From assembly GCA_963821635.1 (NCBI GenBank), contig CAWGEP010000004.1, positions 318,654 to 382,653 of the forward strand: a stretch of 64,000 nt of DNA. The letters run 5' to 3'. Made by a program: the position numbers and the translations under genes. The notes beneath the pieces are model-generated. The model saw only the letters and a program-made list of their open reading frames with translations. It ran no database searches and had not been told where the DNA came from. Position 1 is the first letter of the stretch, and every line of letters starts with the position of its first letter. This document shows, piece by piece, positions 54,142 through 62,765 of the stretch. The DNA is from an uncultured bacterium. Lineage in GTDB: Bacteria; Zixibacteria; MSB-5A5; GN15; FEB-12.

Positions 54142-56973
54142 TCACCGTATTATCACCAACTTCCCGATCTGCACTTTGCCATCAGCTCCCCTCCACCGCC
54201 CAGTAATACAGACCTGACACCACCGTCTGGATATTCCGGTTGATCATATTCCAGGTCTCGTGATGAGCATTCGGATCGGATGGATCTTTGTCATGAGGGA
54301 CTTCAGCAACCAGATCGCCATCAAGAGTCAGGATTCTAACCGTGCATTTCGCCGGGACATTGACGAAATGTATCAGTCTTACCCGGTCATCGCTGGCGTC
54401 GCTGGTTCGGCCTTCGAACCCGGTGTTCCGGTATTTTCCATCAGCTAGGTACGGGTTGGGGTAGACATATACGGGAGGGAGTGTCCCTGCCAATTGAGCC
54501 GAGTCAGCGAAAGCATATCCGGTCTGCATGCCGAGAGTCTTGGAATCTTCGAGGGGCGGCACCCCTTGAGTCGGGTCTCCCCAGTTGAAGGCAGTTACGT
54601 TGACATAGTACTGCATGGTCGGGAGTAAGATTCGGGATAGTGAACTCGTACTCGTAGTACTTCCAGAAGCCATCTGGGGTTAAGTACGTTGAGTCCAACG
54701 TCGCTCCGGGTGGGGGAAGCACAGCGTTGGGATAGATCTTCCTGATCTGCGTACGTCTGTCCAAAGACACTGGCATTAAAGTCATGCGGAACGAAAGTAG
54801 AACTGGGAATCCGGAAACTGAGCCAATCTCAAGTGGATAGCTTTGAGTGTATCTCAATGGATCAAAGAGCGAGTCATGACATGGATCAGTTCCATGACCG
54901 TACAGGCATTTCAGCCGTATCAAGCGTAAACGGCACATCCTTGATCACCCAGGCGCCGAACGAGCCAGATTTCGGATTCCAGATGTACTTGTCGTAATCC
55001 TGTCGATCATAACTCGCGACCAGTGACAAGCTGGATTCCCGGTCATCAAGTCCGTAATAAATTCTGTACCCTTCAAAATCCTGAAGATTAGTCAGGAGAT
55101 TCCGAGCCGTCTCACTGTTTCTTCCATTGAACCGCACACGGATTCCGTGATAAGCCTGCGAGAGCCAGAACTTGGGCTGAGGCGGTGGTCCGGGTGCCCG
55201 CCAATCCGGCACACCATCCCCAGTGTAGTAGGTGGTATCAGCGTTCGTCGGCACCCAGCGACCGTTGACGAATGTTGAGTCCAAAACACAGACTCTGAAT
55301 TTCCCTTTGAATCCGTCCCCGTCCGTGTCCACTCCGGGGTTATCAAAGGCCCACTCGGCTATCTTTGCATTGTGGGCAAGGCTCGAAAAATCGACATGAG
55401 CATACCAGCCATCGACATCACCACTCGCGAGACGGCTCGCCCCAAACACGTCCTGCTGAAATGTATCCCCGGCAATAAAAGCAAAGACCACCGTTTTCTC
55501 ATCACCGCGACGGAGCTCCAACGGTCCCGTGGACAAGAGCATAGACGGGGAGCCCCCGTATCCATGCGACCACAGATTGCCCCAGTAGGATGGTTCCTCC
55601 CAAGTAGGATCATTGGGCTCGATCTTCTGTATGCGCGGTTCATCCGGATCAAACTCTCCATTGGTCATGACCGAGTACTTGTCGGGGTCGCCGGGCGGAG
55701 TACCGGTTCCCCCCGTCCCGAAATCCCACCCTCGCTGACCGAGCGGTACTCGATGCCGCGGTCCGTAGTCCATTTCTGGTCGGAAAGTCCACCACGAGTG
55801 CCACCAGTTGAAGCTGGGATTCCACGCTTCTTTCGGAGCATCGAGAAGCTTAACCCCGATTATGCTTCGATCAGACTTGCTGGGTCCTGAATTCACCCAG
55901 ACCGGCGGGTTTTGAAAGATGTCTGGCTGCCCATCGATACTTGCCGCCCACGCAATATTCAGGGTGTCGACAAATCCGCATCCTTGCCATGACGGCCAGC
56001 TGCGCAAATAACCCCCTGTTCCGGAAGTCGCTATCAGATTATCCGAGGGCTGCATGTGCCCCACTTCTGGTTTAACGAAAAGGCCAACATAAACGGCGTG
56101 CAGATCCTGACGACCAATGTTGGCTATTTTATACTCGACTAAAATAAAGTTGTTGACCAAAGCGTTGGACCACTCTGATGATGTCTGAGTAATGCTCATT
56201 TCCAACGGTTGGTGCAGCCTGTGAGTGCGCCAGTCGGTCAACAGCCCCGGTAATCCCTGGAGAAAAGTATCTGTGTAAACCGCGCGAAAGTCTTGGTCGG
56301 ATCGGGCCTGAGCGGCGGTGAAGGGATCAAGGAGCGAGGCCCTATAGAAATTCCCGAAGGGCGCAACGTCAGGGTATAACTCAAAATTCATTCCATCGGG
56401 TCTCCTTTCGTCGAGACCAACTGACACCAGCGTGTCCCCCTGATCGGTGATCCCACCAACCCAAAGCCCGCCAGAGCGGATGCACTTGTCGCCGGTCCCC
56501 AACGGAAATTCGCCGGCATCGTATTGAGAGCCCCAGACCACCGAGCCTGAGTGACACCCGGAAGAATCGGCCGTGTATGGCGTGGGAGAGAAGTTTTGAA
56601 CGGGTGGGGCATATTGCCCAGAGAGGGAAAACTGTGAGACACCAATCATGCCTCCATTAGTCATGACCAGCGACAGCCTCCCTACATCGTGCGTAGCGGT
56701 ACAATAAGCAAGACCACGAGATACTGATGAGACTTGAATCGGCCGGATCGAATGATCTTCCGTTAATCGGGTGGAATCTCCTATAATCAAGCGCCGGCCA
56801 ATCAAGTTATCTGCGATTGTGATTGGCGAAAGACAAACCACCAACCACATCAACAAGACTGCTCGATTTGTTGTAGGACTCACCCGTCCCCTTCCAAGGA
56901 GATCTGCAATTTGCATTTCCTTCGCCATGCGGCCTGAATTCGCGTCGCTCACAGAGGTTCTCCCGCAGTTCAC
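54142..56973 (-). CDS. Large secreted protein with T9SS type-A-like C-terminal domain (about 3 frameshifts; start uncertain)
   Basis: Joined ORFs 54886..56973, 54504..54938 and 54182..54673; ends VYVYPNPY...SGLYYWAVE..DGKVQIGKLVIIR*; DTDGDG Ca-binding-like motif. Confidence 0.75.
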
Positions 56974-57203
56974 AGTCGCAGACTCAGTCGATCACACTCT
57001 GCACAGATCGCACGTTGAACGCCTATGTGTGCCGAGCGACGGCAGATACACATGCACTGATGTGCAGAAGGTACCGCTGGATCAGCTACCAACTGTGGCG
57101 CCTGTTCCGGCTTGATCGCTCCTAGGTTGTGGGGGGGCATGCGGCCCCCTTCCACATCCAATGGTCCCGCGCCAACCGCAAAGTGAGCGCGGTCCCTACC
57201 GAG

Positions 57204-57440
57204 TCAAGGCAGAGGGTTGCAGTAGTATGCGTTATTCCAGCATGCAGATGCCGTATTCCTACAAATACCGAGAACCCAATGCCCAATGTTGCCACCGGGC
57301 CCGCCGATTTCGGGTGGACAGCTAATGTGGCAGCACGGATCGTCGCCTGCAAGTGGCTGCTCAGCTGTCCCTAGCACTAATGCAAATGCAAGGGCAAAGC
57401 AGAAGCATGCCGTAGCGAGCATGGCCTTCTTCTTCGTCAT
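57204..57440 (-). CDS. 78-aa secreted Cys-rich peptide
   Basis: RBS AGGAGG; MTKKKAML...VLGTA signal, then CC-x3-C-x18-C-x6-C-x6-C. Confidence 0.8.
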   Translation of the reverse strand: MTKKKAMLATACFCFALAFALVLGTAEQPLAGDDPCCHISCPPEIGGPGGNIGHWVLGICRNTASACWNNAYYCNPLP

Positions 57441-57484
57441 GTTAATTCCTCCTACGAAATTGACGTTTAAGAGTTGAGAATTGA

Positions 57485-58087
57485 TCAATCGGCTGCAGCC
57501 GTTTCTTTCAGAAATCTATCGACATCGTCCGGCAGCAGCGCCGCCGGGATCACCCGCCGGACGGTGAGATCGTCGTCCACCACCAGATTGAATGGGAACG
57601 TGTTTACTTTGTACCGGGATAGCCAGACGGACCTGCGATCACAAAGAAATAGGTTCGACAGTCCGGAAATCCGACGCAGGTTCTCGAGTCTCTGGACATC
57701 TCCGCCCGACAGGAAGACGATACGATTTCGCACTGAGCTATCCGGGATAAGAGTTGTCAATCCGGTGACTTCCTCATCACAGACCATACAATCCGGGCTG
57801 ATGACCCCGATGATCGCGCCGCCCGAGCTGTGTACGAGCGAACTCAAGCGGTAAGTGCGGCCATCCAAATCATCAAATTCACTGTCCTCCAGGGTATCAC
57901 CAATATTGAGCGTATTCATTCCAGCCAGAATCTCATCGCGAAGCTCTACTCGATGCTGTTGCAGCGCCGCTTCTGTCTTCTTGTTGAGCGCGTCCGATAT
58001 GAGCTTGCCGCCAAACCAACCCAGGGCCAGCGCTCCGACTACGATGAAAATCCAAGGAAGAATTTTGAAGTGAAAGAGTCGATTCAT
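57485..58087 (-). CDS. Membrane-anchored thioredoxin-fold (redoxin) protein
   Basis: N-terminal TM; IGDTL....DLDG; SPDCMVC; NTFP cis-Pro loop. Confidence 0.8.
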   Translation of the reverse strand: MNRLFHFKILPWIFIVVGALALGWFGGKLISDALNKKTEAALQQHRVELRDEILAGMNTLNIGDTLEDSEFDDLDGRTYRLSSLVHSSGGAIIGVISPDCMVCDEEVTGLTTLIPDSSVRNRIVFLSGGDVQRLENLRRISGLSNLFLCDRRSVWLSRYKVNTFPFNLVVDDDLTVRRVIPAALLPDDVDRFLKETAAAD

Positions 58088-58404
58088 ATTCTCCGCCCGA
58101 GCTATTCGTTCCGGACCACAAACGATTTGTCTGTGCCCACCCCGACGCTAAGTCTACATTACATCGGATCCCCCCCCCTTGTCAAGTGAAATCTGGACTA
58201 TTTTGTCTTGATACGGCCACTCCTCCCCTGGCCCGCACGCTAAGGGGTGGAGCACCGGACCAATTTACTCCCACACCAAGGTGTGGGGCACCAGTAGCCA
58301 GTATCCATGAAACGAAATTGAAAATGCGGTAGCCATGCCCTGTTATTATATTAGGCCCACGCAATCCAAATTCGGTTCGCCGCGCACGCGAAGGGAGATC
58401 AAAA

Positions 58405-58833
58405 ATGTCCAAACGTCTGCTCTTAGGCTGGCTGGTGGTCTATATCGTCCAGAGCCTGTCCAGCTTCCTGATTCATCACGTCATCCTCGGAAGCACCTAT
58501 GCCGCCATGGGGCAACTCTGGCGCCCGGATATGCAAAGCAAACTCTGGATGCTGGCGATTGTCGGGGTCTGCAGCTCGTTTTTCTTTACGATCATTTTCG
58601 CCCGGTGGCGGCGCAAACCGGGAATGCTCGAAGGGGGGAAATTCGGATTTTATATCGGGTTCTGGATGAGTTTCGCGATGGCGATCAGCACCTATGCGAC
58701 CGCGCCGATTCCGTTTTCGCTAGCGGTGCAATGGTTTGTGTACGGGACGATTGCGTACGCGATCGCCGGAATGGTTTTGGGTACGATTCTCAAAGAGACC
58801 GAGCAGAAGCAAACGGTCGGGTACGGACTATGA
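58405..58833 (+). CDS. Four-TM membrane protein (DUF1761-like)
   Basis: RBS GGGAG; four hydrophobic helices; G.KFG..IG motif. Confidence 0.65.
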   Translation: MSKRLLLGWLVVYIVQSLSSFLIHHVILGSTYAAMGQLWRPDMQSKLWMLAIVGVCSSFFFTIIFARWRRKPGMLEGGKFGFYIGFWMSFAMAISTYATAPIPFSLAVQWFVYGTIAYAIAGMVLGTILKETEQKQTVGYGL

Positions 58834-58848
58834 GGTTTAGGACAGCGG

Positions 58849-59857
58849 TCAGGCGGTTTTCAGGCAGATCGGAAACGAAGCGTACAGATCATGGGTGTGA
58901 GCAAGGTCACACCCCGGCAGCCTCCCTGGCAGCGGGCGAAAAATTCGCAGGAATCGGCAGGTACCGTGGATGCGCGAGCGGGGGAATCTGGCCATGGCGG
59001 TCATGGCCGGGTCGTTCCAGAGATCGCTTAAGGATCGTTGCCTGATATTGCCGACCCGGAACTGGTCATCGAGCAGCGAAGTGCACGGGAAGACATCTCC
59101 CCTGGCGGCGATATACATGATCTGGACACCGGCCACGCAGGGATGAAAATAGTATTCCGACGGGAGCGGGCCGAAGCCGGGGCCGAACATCTCTACGGGA
59201 GAGTTGCGGGTGGAGGCGCCTTCGACAAACGCTTTCAGGCGGTCGCGGTGTTCCCGGAAGAGCAGGCGCTGCACAACATCTTTGCGCTTCCCTCTCCCCC
59301 ACGGCATAAAATTGCAATAGCGGATGTGGGTTACCCCTTCGCGCTTGGCGAGCTGGATGAAATTGGGGGCATCATCGAGATTTTCATGCCCGAGCAGCAT
59401 GGCGAGATCAAGCTGCAAGCCGAGTTTCTTGCAGACGCGGACAGCTTCGATGACCTTATGAAAGTCTTCTTCGGTGGCGTTGCGCATGGCTTTGTTGTGC
59501 TGGGGATCGGAGCCATCGAGACTGATCTGGACATAGGAGATTCCGGCCTCTTTGAGAGAATCGGCCGCGGTTTTCATCGAGCAACAGGCCGTTGGTGGTG
59601 ACGCCCTGGGTGAATTTGCCCCGGGCATGGCCATAGGAAACGATCTCTTCGAAGTCGTTTCGCATGAGGGGTTCGCCGCCGGTCCAGCCGATGGTTTTGG
59701 CGCCGAGTTCGACCAGGCTGTCGATCACGGAAAAGCATTCGGTGGTGGTGAGTTCATCGACCGCGCGGCGGGCGGCGGCGGTGTAACAATGCGGGCATTT
59801 CAGATTGCACTGGTGGGTGATCTCCCACCCGATCATCTCCGGCTTGTCAGAACGCAT
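58849..59857 (-). CDS. Radical SAM/SPASM protein (frameshift near 59570 and a compensating pair at about 58950 and 58900)
   Basis: WEITHQCNLKCPHC, TGGEP, QISLDG; SPASM CVAG...GDVFPC; alternate frame restores CRFCEFFARCQGGCRG. Confidence 0.88.
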
Positions 59858-60014
59858 AGAAGCCAACCTGTCTTTCTTCGGGGGCGCCAACGGCATTCAC
59901 AGCGGGCGCCCCATAAGCCGCCCCGGTCATTCGAACCGGAGCGTCGCGTCATTTCTCCCAGTCGGCGCTGCGCTCAATGAGAGGTCAGTGAGGCGCGGCG
60001 CCGTCCGCCGAGCA

Positions 60015-60107
60015 TCAGTTTGATCCTCTCGGCAGAATTTCAAACAGCTTGCGGTAGCAGGGGCAGGGAATCGCCTTCGGTGTCTGCGGTTTCTGTACCA
60101 GCTTCAT
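60015..60107 (-). CDS. Putative RiPP precursor peptide, 30 aa as read; absent from ORF track
   Basis: RBS AAAGGAGGTGA; ATGA overlap with the upstream rSAM stop; MKLVQKPQTPKAIPCPCYRKLFEILPRGSN. Confidence 0.7.
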   Translation of the reverse strand: MKLVQKPQTPKAIPCPCYRKLFEILPRGSN

Positions 60108-61432
60108 GTAGTCACCTCCTTTCGTGTGCCTGAATGGTGGCGGAGCCTGAGCATCTCTTCGAGATTATATTTCCATGAGCAGCAGGCTCCATGAGTAGAT
60201 TGCTTCAGATCAAGCCCCTGACGGGGGCAGCCTCCCAAACAAAGTGGAAGGATGTGGCACTCCCGACATGCGGACAACTGAAAGGGGTCCCAGGATAGAA
60301 AGCGATTGAGTTTCCGCTCCTGTGGCGGCGTGCGGGAATCCGAAAAGACCGAGCCGACCGCAAGGGAGCGGTCGAGCGAGATTTCTTCCCAGCACTTGTA
60401 CAGATCGCCGGTCGGGGAGATGACAAAGGCGTTCTCGGAATCAGCGCCACAATGTCCTCCCGGCGCCAGCATGGGGTACTCGACCGCGGCCAAACCGGAG
60501 TCGGCCAGAGGTCGATAGAATTTCGTTTGCATCGCAGCGAATGCTCTGGTCGAGAAGCAGCGGCCGCGAATATCGGGACAAGTATTGGAGTGGTGGTTGA
60601 CCGGGGCAAAATAGAGATTGAGGCGAGAAAGAAGGTCGCGGCGCTCTAGTTCGTCGACAAGCTCCGGAACGGTGGCGGCGCTGCCCGAATCGACGTTGAC
60701 GCGAACCGTGATCTGGAGAAGATCCGCGGTTTCCCGGAGGTTCGACAGGATGACCTCGAAGGTCCCCTGCCCGTTAGCGAGCCGACGACGGGTGTCGTGA
60801 ATTCGGGCCGGGCCATCGAGGGTGACCTGAATGTCAGTAATACCCAACTCCTGCAGTGTGATCGCCAGAGCACGAGTGAGGAGATAGCCGTTGGTAACGA
60901 GCGAAGTGGGGAGCAGATTCAGGCGGCGGCGTTGCGAGAGGTCCCGGAGTCCGAGTTGGAGGCGTCGGATAGTATCGACGCACAGGGTCGGCTCGCCGCC
61001 AAACCACGTGATCAGCAGGTTGCGGGCACGTTCGGCCCGGTGCGAAGCAAATTGCAAAACAGTGTCTTCGGTCTCCCTGGTCATAAACGACGGCTGACTA
61101 CTCTCAAAGCAATACTCGCAGCGGAAATTGCAGGACAAAGTGGGTGCGATCGTGAGAAACAGGGTCTCCCCGGCAAAGCGCTGGCGGCGATTCCTGACAA
61201 TTAGAGCGGCCAGTTCATCGGCCTCATTCGGGACGAGAAACTTGCCGTCACACAGGACCTCATGGAAGTTCCGTTCAGACTCGGTCCGGGGTGAGTCCGG
61301 GGCGCTGAGCAATCGCGCGACCGAGGGAAAGTTCTCCGCCTCAATTTCGGCCAGGGCCGCGGAAGCGGAATTGAACAAGAGATATTGATTATCATCTGTC
61401 GAGATAAGGATGTTGAAGCGAGAAGCCTTCAT
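60104..61432 (-). CDS. Radical SAM/SPASM peptide maturase with N-terminal RRE-like extension
   Basis: About 85-aa N-terminal domain (YLLFNS...LAEI); CNFRCEYC; WFGGEP; CGAD...GDLYKC...CRECHILPLCLGGC. Confidence 0.92.
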   Translation of the reverse strand: MKASRFNILISTDDNQYLLFNSASAALAEIEAENFPSVARLLSAPDSPRTESERNFHEVLCDGKFLVPNEADELAALIVRNRRQRFAGETLFLTIAPTLSCNFRCEYCFESSQPSFMTRETEDTVLQFASHRAERARNLLITWFGGEPTLCVDTIRRLQLGLRDLSQRRRLNLLPTSLVTNGYLLTRALAITLQELGITDIQVTLDGPARIHDTRRRLANGQGTFEVILSNLRETADLLQITVRVNVDSGSAATVPELVDELERRDLLSRLNLYFAPVNHHSNTCPDIRGRCFSTRAFAAMQTKFYRPLADSGLAAVEYPMLAPGGHCGADSENAFVISPTGDLYKCWEEISLDRSLAVGSVFSDSRTPPQERKLNRFLSWDPFQLSACRECHILPLCLGGCPRQGLDLKQSTHGACCSWKYNLEEMLRLRHHSGTRKEVTT

Positions 61433-61565
61433 ACCCGGACTTGCTTAACCATTCAGAAAGGGCTTGAGCCGGACACAATGACTGCGGCGGACCCGGGAAT
61501 CGGGCGCGTCAGAGCCTGTGGTCAGCATAATAGAGTGTCGGTTCCATGATGTCAAGAACAAAGGG

Positions 61566-61594
61566 AAGCGGGGCGAAGAAGTCTCGTCCCGCTT
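61566..61594 (-). terminator. Hairpin downstream of the vWA gene
   Basis: AAGCGGGGCGA...TCGTCCCGCTT imperfect inverted repeat. Confidence 0.45.
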
Positions 61595-61673
61595 GCAGTG
61601 AGATTAGAGGAAAAATGTCATGATTCCGGGATTCAGCCGGACAGGCCGGCCCGGCTTGGGCCGCGTGCGCGGT

Positions 61674-62765
61674 CTATTTCCGCTTTTTGCGGTTGGCTAC
61701 GAAATCCCACAGGACATAGCTGCCGAGATCATCGACCGAGGCAAAATAGGCGCGTCCGCGATTGAGTTCGGTCAGGCGCTCGACAAATTTCTGGAGATAG
61801 GGATCATCGGTGACCATGAAGGTAGTGATCGGGATTTTCTTTTTGCGGCAGATGACGGCCTCGTCAAGGGTGCGATTGACGATGCGGGGATCAAGCCCCA
61901 TCGGATTTTTGTACACCTGGCCGTTGGGACGGGTGATCATCGAGGGTTTGCCGTCGGTGACCATGAAGATCTGTTTGTTGGCGTGCTTTTTGCCGAGCAA
62001 AATTTGCCGGGCGACGCGCAGGCCGGCCTGGGTATTGGTGTGATATGGTCCGGCGCCGATGTACGGAAGATCTTTGACGGAGACTTCCCAAGCGTCATCG
62101 CCGAAGAGAACTATGGAGAGATCGTCCTTGGGATATTTGGTAAGGATCAGTTCGGTGAAGGCCATGGCCACCTGCTTGGCGGGGGTGATGCGGTCTTCAC
62201 CGTAGAGGACCATCGAGTGCGAGATGTCGATCATAAGCACGGTGGCGCAGGTGCTGGTCTTCTCCGACTCGAAAACCTCGAGATCGTTTTCCTGCATGTT
62301 CATGCCGAGGTCGCCGGAGCGGGCCACGGAGTTGAACAGGGAGGCGGTGAAGTCGATGTGCCCGGGGTTATCGCCGAACTTGAAAGAACGTTTTTCCGGA
62401 AGGGGTTCGTCGGAACTGCCCCCCTCGCGCGGAAGGCGGTGATCCCCTTTGCCGGAGGCGCGCATTTTCTCAAAGATCTGGTTGAAGGCTTCTTTGCGAA
62501 GGCCGCGTTCCCCTTTGGAGCTGAGTTTCAGTCCGTCCGGGGTTTGGCGCACCATATCGGATTTTTTGAGCAGGTCTTTGAGGTTCTCGAGATCGTACTT
62601 CTCGTCGAGGACCCCTTGCTCCTGCAAACGTTTCATCAAGGCCAGGGTCTCCTCAACATCGCCGTTCATGCGCATGAGGAGATAGTGGTAGATCGCCATA
62701 AGATCGGCGAGATCCTTGAGTTTGGCGAAGAGCTCGTCGTTCCATTCGGAATAGACGAATTTCAC
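61674..62765 (-). CDS. von Willebrand factor A domain protein
   Basis: MIDAS DISHSM, TNTQAGL, VTDG. Confidence 0.9.
   Translation of the reverse strand: MKFVYSEWNDELFAKLKDLADLMAIYHYLLMRMNGDVEETLALMKRLQEQGVLDEKYDLENLKDLLKKSDMVRQTPDGLKLSSKGERGLRKEAFNQIFEKMRASGKGDHRLPREGGSSDEPLPEKRSFKFGDNPGHIDFTASLFNSVARSGDLGMNMQENDLEVFESEKTSTCATVLMIDISHSMVLYGEDRITPAKQVAMAFTELILTKYPKDDLSIVLFGDDAWEVSVKDLPYIGAGPYHTNTQAGLRVARQILLGKKHANKQIFMVTDGKPSMITRPNGQVYKNPMGLDPRIVNRTLDEAVICRKKKIPITTFMVTDDPYLQKFVERLTELNRGRAYFASVDDLGSYVLWDFVANRKKRK

Noticed and set aside
56970-57161. Second Cys-containing small ORF after the secreted peptide
   Set aside because: No RBS or signal peptide, and it overlaps a terminator-like hairpin (about 57128-57156); unsupported.
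57204-61432. Secreted Cys peptide as substrate of the nearby radical SAM enzymes
   Set aside because: It has a Sec-type signal, is separated by an opposite-strand gene, and the rSAM cluster has its own coupled peptide; no sequence evidence links them.
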